Assembly (NCBI GenBank): GCA_964057225.1
Contig: OZ059897.1
Span: 2,480,001 to 2,544,000, forward strand
Reading direction: 5' to 3'
Length of the DNA: 64,000 nucleotides
Source: Auanema rhodensis
Taxonomy: Eukaryota; Animalia; Nematoda
Shown here: one piece after another, positions 39,701-52,800 of the stretch
Layout of the letters: each line of letters starts with the position of its first letter
Numbering within the stretch: position 1 is the first letter of the stretch
Notes under the pieces: model-generated
What the model saw: the letters and a program-made list of their open reading frames with translations, nothing else
Told to the model about the DNA's origin: nothing
The model's database searches: none
Made by a program: the position numbers and the translations under genes

Positions 39701-41764
39701 TCTTTGCCTTGAAAAAAGAAATCTAAAAACTCCTACTTTTTGTGAAATTATTTAGAAATTTTTCGGGAAAATTTTTGTCACAATGTTTTTGGAAGCAATG
39801 TTGAGTGTACATGGGAACTCAACATACACTAATGCATTATTTTTCAAACGATCATAACTAATTTTTGTATAGAGCGTTTCTTAATGTAGTATAGTGCATT
39901 CGATGCGGATTTTTAAGCTGCGTTGATCTGTGTTATCAGATTTGAGTTAGCTTAAAAATGCACCGAGATATCAACTGATATATGTTCACACATATATCCT
40001 CGATTTTCACCCTGAAGAAATGATTTTTTCGTTGAATAACATTGTCCATCGTCTTCGTCTTGAAAAAAAGAATTTAAAAACATCTACTTTTTGTGAAATT
40101 ATTTAGAAATTTTTCGGGAAAATTTTTGTCAAATTTTTTTTGGAAGCAATGTTGAGTGTACATGGGAACTCAACATACACTAATGCATTATTTTTCAAAC
40201 GATCATAACTAATTTTTGTATGGAGCGTTTCTCAATTTAGTATAGTGCATTCGATGCAGATTTTTAAGCTGCGTTGATCTGTGTTATCAGATTTGCGCTA
40301 GCTTAAAAATGCACCGAGTAATCAACTGATATAGGTTCACACTTATATCCTCGATTTTCACCCTGAAGAATTAATTTTTTCGTTGAATAACATTGTCCAT
40401 CGTCTTTGCCTTGAAAAAAGAAATCTAAAAACTCCTACTTTTTGTGAAATTATTTAGAAATTTTTCGGGAAAATTTTTGTCAAAATGTTTTTGGAAGCAA
40501 TGTTGAGTGTACATGGGAACTCAACATACACTAATGCATTATTTTTCAAACGATCATAACTAATTTTTGTATAGAGCGTTTCTCAATGTAGTATAGTGCA
40601 TTCGATGCGGATTTTTAAGCTGCGTTGATCTGTGTTATCAGATTTGAGTTAGCTTAAAAATGCACCGAGATATCAACTGATATATGTTCACACTTATATC
40701 CTCGATTTTCACCCTGAAGAAATGATTTTTTCGTTGAATAACATTGTCCATCATCTTCGTCTTGAAAAAAGGAATCTAAAATCATCTACTTTTTGTGAAA
40801 TTATTTAGAAATTTTTCGGGAAAATTTTTGTCAAAATGTTTTTGGAAGCAATGTTGAGTGTACATGGGAACTCAACATACACTAATGCATTATTTTTCAA
40901 ACGATCATAACTAATTTTTGTATGGAGCGTTTCTCAATGTAGTATAGTGCATTCGATGTGAATTTTTAAGCTGCGTTGATCTGTGTTATCAGATTTGCGC
41001 TAGCTTAAAAATGCACCGAGTAATCAACTGATATAGGTTCACACTTATATCCTCGATTTTCACCCTGAAGAATTAATTTTTTCGTTGAATAACATTGTCC
41101 ATCGTCTTTGCCTTGAAAAAAGAAATCTAAAAACTCCTACTTTTTGTGAAATTATTTAGAAATTTTTCGGGAAAATTTTTGTCACAATGTTTTTGGAAGC
41201 AATGTTGAGTGTACATGGGAACTCAACATACACTAATGCATTATTTTTCAAACGATCATAACTAATTTTTGTATAGAGCGTTTCTTAATGTAGTATAGTG
41301 CATTCGATGCGGATTTTTAAGCTGCGTTGATCTGTGTTATCAGATTTGAGTTAGCTTAAAAATGCACCGAGATATCAACTGATATATGTTCACACATATA
41401 TCCTCGATTTTCACCCTGAAGAAATGATTTTTTCGTTGAAAAACATTGTCCATCGTCTTCGTCTTGAAAAAAGGAATTTAAAAACTCCTACTTTTTGTGA
41501 AATTATTTAGAAATTTTTCGGGAAAATTTTTGTCACAATGTTTTTGGAAGCAATGTTGAGTGTACATGGGAACTCAACATACACTAATGCATTATTTTTC
41601 AAACGATCATAACTAATTTTGGTATAGAGCGTTTCTTAATGTAGTATAGTGCATTCGATGCGGATTTTTAAGCTGCGTTGATCTGTGTTATCAGATTTGA
41701 GTTAGCTTAAAAATGCACCGAGATATCAACTGATATATGTTCACACTTATATCCTCGATTTTCA

Positions 41765-43870
41765 CCCTGAAGAAATGATTTTTTCGTTGAATAACATTGT
41801 CCATCGTCTTCGTCTTGAAAAAAGGAATCTAAAAACATCTACTTTTTGTGAAATTATTTAGAAATTTTTCGGGAAAATTTTTGTCAAAATGTTTTTGGAA
41901 GCAATGTTGAGTGTACATGGGAACTCAACATACACTAATGCATTATTTTTCAAACGATCATAACTAATTTTTGTATAGAGCGTTTCTCAATGTAGTATAG
42001 TGCATTCGATGCGGATTTTTAAGCTGCGTTGATCTGTGTTATCAGATTTGAGTTAACTTAAAAATGCACCGAGATATCAACTGATATATGTTCACACTTA
42101 TATCCTCGATTTTCACCCTGAAGAAATGATTTTTTCGTTGAAAAACATTGTCCATCGTATTCGTCTTGAAAAAAGAAATCTAAAAACATCTACTTTTTGT
42201 GAAATTATTTAGAAATTTTTCGGGAAAATTTTTGTCAAAATGTTTTTGGAAGCAATGTTGAGTGTACATAGGAACTCAACATACACTAATGCATTATTTT
42301 TCAAACGATCATAACTAATTTTTGTATAGAGCCTTTCTCAATGTAGTATAGTGCATTCGATGCGGATTTTTAAGCTGCGTTGATCTGTGTTATCAGATTT
42401 GAGTTAACTTAAAAATGCACCGAGATATCAACTGATATAGGTTCACACTTATATCCTCGATTTTCACCCTGAAGAAATGATTTTTTCGTTGAATAACATT
42501 GTCCATCGTCTTCGTCTTGAAAAAAGGAATCTAAAAACATCTACTTTTTGTGAAATTATTTAGAAATTTTTCGGGAAAATTTTTGTCAAAATGTTTTTGG
42601 AAGCAATGTTGAGTGTACATGGGAACTCAACATACACTAATGCATTATTTTTCAAACGATCATAACTAATTTTTGTATAGAGCGTTTCTCAATGTAGTAT
42701 AGTGCATTCGATGCGGATTTTTAAGCTGCGTTGATCTGTGTTATCAGATTTGAGTTAACTTAAAAATGCACCGAGATATCAACTGATATATGTTCACACT
42801 TATATCCTCGATTTTCACCCTGAAGAAATGATTTTTTCGTTGAAAAACATTGTCCATCGTATTCGTCTTGAAAAAAGAAATCTAAAAACATCTACTTTTT
42901 GTGAAATTATTTAGAAATTTTTCGGGAAAATTTTTGTCAAAATGTTTTTGGAAGCAATGTTGAGTGTACATAGGAACTCAACATACACTAATGCATTATT
43001 TTTCAAACGATCATAACTAATTTTTGTATAGAGCGTTTCTCAATGTAGTATAGTGCATTCGATGCGGATTTTTAAGCTGCGTTGATCTGTGTTATCAGAT
43101 TTGAGTTAACTTAAAAATGCACCGAGATATCAACTGATATAGGTTCACACTTATATCCTCGATTTTCACCCTGAAGAAATGATTTTTTCGTTGAATAACA
43201 TTGTCCATCGTCTTCGTCTTGAAAAAAGGAATCTAAAAACATCTACTTTTTGTGAAATTATTTAGAAATTTTTCGGGAAAATTTTTGTCAAAATGTTTTT
43301 GGAAGCAATGTTGAGTGTACATGGGAACTCAACATACACTAATGCATTATTTTTCAAACGATCATAACTAATTTTTGTATAGAGCGTTTCTCAATGTAGT
43401 ATAGTGCATTCGATGCGGATTTTTAAGCTGCGTTGATCTGTGTTATCAGATTTGAGTTAACTTAAAAATGCACCGAGATATCAACTGATATATGTTCACA
43501 CTTATATCCTCGATTTTCACCCTGAAGAAATGATTTTTTCGTTGAAAAACATTGTCCATCGTATTCGTCTTGAAAAAAGAAATCTAAAAACATCTACTTT
43601 TTGTGAAATTATTTAGAAATTTTTCGGGAAAATTTTTGTCAAAATGTTTTTGGAAGCAATGTTGAGTGTACATGGGAACTCAACATACACTAATGCATTA
43701 TTTTTCAAACGATCATAACTAATTTTTGTATAGAGCGTTTCTCAATGTAGTATAGTGCATTCGATGCGGATTTTTAAGCTGCGTTGATCTGTGTTATCAG
43801 ATTTGAGTTAACTTAAAAATGCACCGAGATATCAACTGATATATGTTCACACTTATATCCTCGATTTTCA
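41765..43870. repeat. Dimeric (702-bp) higher-order repeat, 3 copies
   Basis: GAATAAC/CGTCTT/GGAATC monomers (41765, 42467, 43169) alternate with GAAAAAC/CGTATT/GAAATC monomers (42116, 42818, 43520). Confidence 0.8.
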
Positions 43871-46800
43871 CCCTGAAGAAATGATTTTTTCGTTGAAAAA
43901 CATTGTCCATCGTATTCGTCTTGAAAAAAGAAATCTAAAAACATCTACTATTCGTGAAATTATTTAGAAATTTTTCGGGAAAATTTTTGTCAAAATGTTT
44001 TTGGAAGCAATGTTGAGTGTACATGGGAACTCAACATACACTAATGCATTATTTTTCAAACGATCATAACTAATTTTTGTATAGAGCGTTTCTCATTGTA
44101 GTATAGTGCATTCGATGCGGATTTTCAAGCTGCGTTGATCTGTGTTATCAGATTTGAGTTAACTTAAAAATGCACCGAGATATCAACTGATATAGGTTCA
44201 CACTTATATCCTCGATTTTCACCCTGAAGAAATGATTTTTTCGTTGAATAACATTGTCCATCGTCTTCGTCTTAAAAAAAGGAATCTAAAAACATCTACT
44301 TTTTGTGAAATTATTTAGAAATTTTTCGGGAAAATTTTTGTCAAAATGTTTTTGGAAGCAATGTTGAGTGTACATGGGAACTCAACATACACTAATGCAT
44401 TATTTTTCAAACGATCATAACTAATTTTTGTATAGAGCGTTTCTCAATGTAGTATAGTGCATTCGATGCGGATTTTTAAGCTGCGTTGATCTGTGTTATC
44501 AGATTTGAGTTAACTTAAAAATGCACCGAGATATCAACTGATATATGTTCACACTTATATCCTCGATTTTCACCCTGAAGAAATGATTTTTTCGTTGAAA
44601 AACATTGTCCATCGTATTCGTCTTGAAAAAAGAAATCTAAAAACATCTACTTTTTGTGAAATTATTTAGAAATTTTTCGGGAAAATTTTTGTCAAAATGT
44701 TTTTGGAAGCAATGTTGAGTGTACATGGGAACTCAACATACACTAATGCATTATTTTTCAAACGATCATAACTAATTTTTGTATAGAGCGTTTCTCAATG
44801 TAGTATAGTGCATTCGATGCGGATTTTTAAGCTGCGTTGATCTGTGTTATCAGATTTGAGTTAACTTAAAAATGCACCGAGATATCAACTGATATATGTT
44901 CACACTTATATCCTCGATTTTCCCCCTGAAGAAATGATTTTTTCGTTGAAAAACATTGTCCATCGTATTCGTCTTGAAAAAAGAAATCTAAAAACATCTA
45001 CTATTCGTGAAATTATTTAGAAATTTTTCGGGAAAATTTTTGTCAAAATGTTTTTGGAAGCAATGTTGAGTGTACATGGGAACTCAACATACACTAATGC
45101 ATTATTTTTCAAACGATCATAACTAATTTTTGTATAGAGCGTTTCTCAATGTAGTATAGTGCATTCGATGCGGATTTTTAAGCTGCGTTGATCTGTGTTA
45201 TCAGATTTGAGTTAACTTAAAAATGCACCGAGATATCAACTGATATATGTTCACACTTATATCCTCGATTTTCACCCTGAAGAAATGATTTTTTCTTTGA
45301 AAAACATTGTCCATCGTATTCGTCTTGAAAAAAGAAATCTAAAAACATCTACTTTTTGTGAAATTATTTAGAAATTTTTCGGGAAAATTTTTGTCAAAAT
45401 GTTTTTGGAAGCAATGTTGAGTGTACATGGGAACTCAACATACACTAATGCATTATTTTTCAAACGATCATAACTAATTTTTGTATAGAGCGTTTCTCAA
45501 TGTAGTATAGTGCATTCGATGCGGATTTTTAAGCTGCGTTGATCTGTGTTATCAGATTTGAGTTAACTTAAAAATGCACCGAGATATCAACTGATATATG
45601 TTCACACTTATATCCTCGATTTTCACCCTGAAGAAATGATTTTTTCGTTGAAAAACATTGTCCATCGTATTCGTCTTGAAAAAAGAAATCTAAAAACATC
45701 TACTATTCGTGAAATTATTTAGAAATTTTTCGGGAAAATTTTTGTCAAAATGTTTTTGGAAGCAATGTTGAGTGTACATGGGAACTCAACATACACTAAT
45801 GCATTATTTTTCAAACGATCATAACTAATTTTTGTATAGAGCGTTTCTCATTGTAGTATAGTGCATTCGATGCGGATTTTCAAGCTGCGTTGATCTGTGT
45901 TATCAGATTTGAGTTAACTTAAAAATGCACCGAGATATCAACTGATATAGGTTCACACTTATATCCTCGATTTTCACCCTGAAGAAATGATTTTTTCGTT
46001 GAATAACATTGTCCATCGTCTTCGTCTTGAAAAAAGGAATCTAAAAACATCTACTTTTTGTGAAATTATTTAGAAATTTTTCGGGAAAATTTTTGTCAAA
46101 ATGTTTTTGGAAGCAATGTTGAGTGTACATGGGAACTCAACATACACTAATGCATTATTTTTCAAACGATCATAACTAATTTTTGTATAGAGCGTTTCTC
46201 AATGTAGTATAGTGCATTCGATGCGGATTTTTAAGCTGCGTTGATCTGTGTTATCAGATTTGAGTTAACTTAAAAATGCACCGAGATATCAACTGATATA
46301 TGTTCACACTTATATCCTCGATTTTCACCCTGAAGAAATGATTTTTCCGTTGAAAAACATTGTCCATCGTATTCGTCTTGAAAAAAGAAATCTAAAAACA
46401 TCTACTTTTTGTGAAATTATTTAGAAATTTTTCGGGAAAATTTTTGTCAAAATGTTTTTGGAAGCAATGTTGAGTGTACATGGGAACTCAACATACACTA
46501 ATGCATTATTTTTCAAACGATCATAACTAATTTTTGTATAGAGCGTTTCTCAATGTAGTATAGTGCATTCGATGCGGATTTTTAAGCTGCGTTGATCTGT
46601 GTTATCAGATTTGGGTTAACTTGAAAATGCACCGAGATATCAACTGATATATGTTCACACTTATATCCTCGATTTTCACCCTGAAGAAATGATTTTTTCG
46701 TTGAAAAACATTGTCCATCGTATTTGTCTTGAAAAAAGGAATCTAAAAACATCTACTTTTTGTGAAATTATTTAGAAATTTTTCGGGAAAACTTTTGTCA

Positions 46801-49800
46801 AAATGTTTTTGGAAGCAATGTTGAGTGTACATGGGAACTCAACATACACTAATGCATTATTTTTCAAACGATCATAACTAATTTTTATATAGAGCGTTTC
46901 TCAATGTAGTATAGTGCATTCGATGCGGATTTTTAAGCTGCGTTGATCTGTGTTATCAAATTTGAGTTAACTTAAAAATGCACCGAGATATCAACTGATA
47001 TATGTTCACACTTATATCCTCGATTTTCACCCTGAAGAAATGATTTTTTCGTTGAAAAACATTGTCCATCGTATTCGTTTTGAAAAAAGAAATCTAAAAA
47101 CATCTACTTTCTGTGAAATTATTTAGAAATTTTTTGGGAAAATTTTTGTCAAAATGTTTTTGGAAGCAATGTTGAGTGTACATGGGAACTCAACATACAC
47201 TAATGCATTATTTTTCAAACGATCATAACTAATTTTTGTATAGAGCGTTTCTCAATGTAGTATAGTGCATTCGATGCGGATTTTTAAGCTGCGTTGATCT
47301 GTGTTATCAGATTTGAGTTAACTTAAAAATGCACCGAGATATCAACTGATATATGTTCACACTTATATCCTCGATTTTCACCCTGAAGAAATGATTTTTT
47401 TGTTGAAAAACATTGTCCATCGTATTCGTCTTGAAAAAAGAAATCTAAAAACATCTACTTTTTGTGAAATTATTTAGAAATTTTTCGGGAAAATTTTTGT
47501 CAAAATGTTTTTGGAAGCAATGTTGAGTGTACATGGGAACTCAACATACACTAATGCATTATTTTTCAAACGATCATAACTAATTTTTGTATAGAGCGTT
47601 TCTCAATGTAGTATAGTGCATTCGATGCGGATTTTTAAGCTGCGTTGATCTGTGTTATCAGATTTGAGTTAACTTAAAAATGCACCGAGATATCAACTGA
47701 TATATGTTCACACTTATATCCTCGATTTTCACCCTGAAGAAATGATTTTTTCGTTGAAAAACATTGTCCATCGTATTCGTCTTGAAAAAAGAAATCTAAA
47801 AACATCTACTTTCTGTGAAATTATTTAGAAATTTTTTGGGAAAATTTTTGTCAAAATGTTTTTGGAAGCAATGTTGAGTGTACATGGGAACTCAACATAC
47901 ACTAATGCATTATTTTTCAAACGATCATAACTAATTTTTGTATAGAGCGTTTCTCATTGTAGTATAGTGCATTCGATGCGGATTTTCAAGCTGCGTTGAT
48001 CTGTGTTATCAGATTTGAGTTAACTTAAAAATGCACCGAGATATCAACTGATATAGGTTCACACTTGTATCCTCGATTTTCACCCTGAAGAAATGATTTT
48101 TTCGTTGAAAAACATTGTCCATCGTATTCGTCTTGAAAAAAGGAATCTAAAAACATCTACTTTTTGTGAAATTATTCAGAAATTTTTCGGGAAAATTTTT
48201 GTCAAAATGTTTTTGGAAGCAATGTTGAGTGTACATAGGAACTCAACATACACTAATGCATTATTTTTCAAACGATCATAACTAATTTTTGTATAGAGCG
48301 TTTCTCAATGTAGTATAGTGCATTCGATGCGGATTTTTAAGCTGCGTTGATCTGTGTTATCAGATTTGAGTTAACTTAAAAATGCACCGAGATATCAACT
48401 GATATAGGTTCACACTTATATCCTCGATTTTCACCCTGAAGAAATGATTTTTTCGTTGAATAACATTGTCCATCGTCTTCGTCTTGAAAAAAGGAATCTA
48501 AAAACATCTACTTTTTGTGAAATTATTTAGAAATTTTTCGGGAAAATTTTTGTCAAAATGTTTTTGGAAGCAATGTTGAGTGTACATGGGAACTCAACAT
48601 ACACTAATGCATTATTTTTCAAACGATCATAACTAATTTTTGTATAGAGCGTTTCTCAATGTAGTATAGTGCATTCGATGCGGATTTTTAAGCTGCGTTG
48701 ATCTGTGTTATCAGATTTGAGTTAACTTAAAAATGCACCGAGATATCAACTGATATATGTTCACACTTATATCCTCGATTTTCACCCTGAAGAAATGATT
48801 TTTTTGTTGAAAAACATTGTCCATCGTATTCGTCTTGAAAAAAGAAATCTAAAAACATCTACTTTTTGTGAAATTATTTAGAAATTTTTCGGGAAAATTT
48901 TTGTCAAAATGTTTTTGGAAGCAATGTTGAGTGTACATGGGAACTCAACATACACTAATGCATTATTTTTCAAACGATCATAACTAATTTTTGTATAGAG
49001 CGTTTCTCATTGTAGTATAGTGCATTCGATGCGGATTTTCAAGCTGCGTTGATCTGTGTTATCAGATTTGAGTTAACTTAAAAATGCACCGAGATATCAA
49101 CTGATATATGTTCACACTTATATCCTCGATTTTCACCCTGAAGAAATGATTTTTTTGTTGAAAAACATTGTCCATCGTATTCGTCTTGAAAAAAGAAATC
49201 TAAAAACATTTACTTTTTGTGAAATTATTTAGAAATTTTTCGGGAAAATTTTTGTCAAAATGTTTTTGGAAGCAATGTTGAGTGTACATGGGAACTCAAC
49301 ATACACTAATGCATTATTTTTCAAACGATCATAACTAATTTTTGTATAGAGCGTTTCTCAATGTAGTATAGTGCATTCGATGCGGATTTTTAAGCTGCGT
49401 TGATCTGTGTTATCAGATTTGAGTTAACTTAAAAATGCACCGAGATATCAACTGATATATGTTCACACTTATATCCTCGATTTTCACCCTGAAGAAATGA
49501 TTTTTTTGTTGAAAAACATTGTCCATCGTATTCGTCTTGAAAAAAGAAATCTAAAAACATCTACTTTTTGTGAAATTATTTAGAAATTTTTCGGGAAAAT
49601 TTTTGTCAAAATGTTTTTGGAAGCAATGTTGAGTGTACATGGGAACTCAACATACACTAATGCATTATTTTTCAAACGATCATAACTAATTTTTGTATAG
49701 AGCGTTTCTCAATGTAGTATAGTGCATTCGATGCGGATTTTTAAGCTGCGTTGATCTGTGTTATCAGATTTGAGTTAACTTAAAAATGCACCGAGACATC

Positions 49801-52800
49801 AACTGATATATGTTCACACTTATATCCTCGATTTTCACCCTGAAGAAATGATTTTTTCGTTGAAAAACATTGTCCATCGTATTCGTCTTGAAAAAAGAAA
49901 TCTAAAAACATCTACTTTTTGTGAAATTATTTAGAAATTTTTCGGGAAAATTTTTGTCAAAATGTTTTTGGAAGCAATGTTGAGTGTACATGGGAACTCA
50001 ACATACACTAATGCATTATTTTTCAAACGATCATAACTAATTTTTGTATAGAGCGTTTCTCAATGTAGTATAGTGCATTCGATGCGGATTTTTAAGCTGC
50101 GTTGATCTGTGTTATCAGATTTGAGTTAACTTAAAAATGCACCGAGATATCAACTGATATATGTTCACACTTATATCCTCGATTTTCACCCTGAAGAAAT
50201 GATTTTTTCGTTGAAAAACATTGTCCATCGTATTCGTCTTGAAAAAAGGAATCTAAAAACATCTACTTTTTGTGAAATTATTTAGAAATTTTTCGGGAAA
50301 ACTTTTGTCAAAATGTTTTTGGAAGCAATGTTGAGTGTACATGGGAACTCAACATACACTAATGCATTATTTTTCAAACGATCATAACTAATTTTTGTAT
50401 AGAGCGTTTCTCAATGTAGTATAGTGCATTCGATGCGGATTTTTAAGCTGCGTTGATCTGTGTTATCAGATTTGAGTTAACTTAAAAATGCACCGAGATA
50501 TCAACTGATATATGTTCACACTTATATCCTCGATTTTCACCCTGAAGAAATGATTTTTTCGTTGAAAAACATTGTCCATCGTATTCGTCTTGAAAAAAGA
50601 AATCTAAAAACATCTACTTTCTGTGAAATTATTTAGAAATTTTTTGGGAAAATTTTTGTCAAAATGTTTTTGGAAGCAATGTTGAGTGTACATGGGAACT
50701 CAACATACACTAATGCATTATTTTTCAAACGATCATAACTAATTTTTGTATAGAGCGTTTCTCAATGTAGTATAGTGCATTCGATGCGGATTTTTAAGCT
50801 GCGTTGATCTGTGTTATCAGATTTGAGTTAACTTAAAAATGCACCGAGATATCAACTGATATATGTTCACACTTATATCCTCGATTTTCACCCTGAAGAA
50901 ATGATTTTTTCGTTGAAAAACATTGTCCATCGTATTCGTCTTGAAAAAAGAAATCTAAAAACATCTACTTTCTGTGAAATTATTTAGAAATTTTTTGGGA
51001 AAATTTTTGTCAAAATGTTTTTGGAAGCAATGTTGAGTGTACATGGGAACTCAACATACACTAATGCATTATTTTTCAAACGATCATAACTAATTTTTGT
51101 ATAGAGCGTTTCTCAATGTAGTATAGTGCATTCGATGCGGATTTTTAAGCTGCGTTGATCTGTGTTATCAGATTTGAGTTAACTTAAAAATGCACCGAGA
51201 TATCAACTGATATATGTTCACACTTATATCCTCGATTTTCACCCTGAAGAAATGATTTTTTTGTTGAAAAACATTGTCCATCGTATTCGTCTTGAAAAAA
51301 GAAATCTAAAAACATCTACTTTTTGTGAAATTATTTAGAAATTTTTCGGGAAAATTTTTGTCAAAATGTTTTTGGAAGCAATGTTGAGTGTACATGGGAA
51401 CTCAACATACACTAATGCATTATTTTTCAAACGATCATAACTAATTTTTGTATAGAGCGTTTCTCATTGTAGTATAGTGCATTCGATGCGGATTTTCAAG
51501 CTGCGTTGATCTGTGTTATCAGATTTGAGTTAACTTAAAAATGCACCGAGATATCAACTGATATAGGTTCACACTTGTATCCTCGATTTTCACCCTGAAG
51601 AAATGATTTTTTCGTTGAAAAACATTGTCCATCGTATTCGTCTTGAAAAAAGGAATCTAAAAACATCTACTTTTTGTGAAATTATTCAGAAATTTTTCGG
51701 GAAAATTTTTGTCAAAATGTTTTTGGAAGCAATGTTGAGTGTACATAGGAACTCAACATACACTAATGCATTATTTTTCAAACGATCATAACTAATTTTT
51801 GTATAGAGCGTTTCTCAATGTAGTATAGTGCATTTGATGCGGATTTTTAAGCTGCGTTGATCTGTGTTATCAGATTTGAGTTAACTTAAAAATGCACCGA
51901 GATATCAACTGATATAGGTTCACACTTATATCCTCGATTTTCACCCTGAAGAAATGATTTTTTCGTTGAATAACATTGTCCATCGTCTTCGTCTTGAAAA
52001 AAGGAATTTAAAAACATCTACTTTTTGTGAAATTATTTAGAAATTTTTCGGGAAAATTTTTGTCAAAATGTTTTTGGAAGCAATGTTGAGTGTACATGGG
52101 AACTCAACATACACTAATGCATTATTTTTCAAACGATCATAACTAATTTTTGTATAGAGCGTTTCTCAATGTAGTATAGTGCATTCGATGCGGATTTTTA
52201 AGCTGCGTTGATCTGTGTTATCAGATTTGAGTTAACTTAAAAATGCACCGAGACATCAACTGATATATGTTCACACTTATATCCTCGATTTTCACCCTGA
52301 AGAAATGATTTTTTCGTTGAAAAACATTGTCCATCGTATTCGTCTTGAAAAAAGAAATCTAAAAACATCTACTTTTTGTGAAATTATTTAGAAATTTTTC
52401 GGGAAAATTTTTGTCAAAATGTTTTTGGAAGCAATGTTGAGTGTACATGGGAACTCAACATACACTAATGCATTATTTTTCAAACGATCATAACTAATTT
52501 TTGTATAGAGCGTTTCTCAATGTAGTATAGTGCATTCGATGCGGATTTTTAAGCTGCGTTGATCTGTGTTAGCAGATTTGAGTTAACTTAAAAATGCACC
52601 GAGATATCAACTGATATAGGTTCACACTTATATCCTCGATTTTCACCCTGAAGAAATGATTTTTTCGTTGAATAACATTGTCCATCGTCTTCGTCTTGAA
52701 AAAAGGAATCTAAAAACATCTACTTTTTGTGAAATTATTTAGAAATTTTTCGGGAAAATTTTTGTCAAAATGTTTTTGGAAGCAATGTTGAGTGTACATG

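Larger units (their letters stand above)
25268..41764. repeat. Array domain 2 (mixed subtypes; markers TTGTTCAT+AAAGGGA, TTCTTAAT, GATGTGAAT, frequent GCGAAT and GCAGA)
   Basis: TTGTTCAT/AAAGGGA monomers start at 25619, 30182 and 31937. TTCTTAAT occurs from about 27245 to 41637. GATGTGAAT occurs near 37449, 39555 and 40959. Confidence 0.7.
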
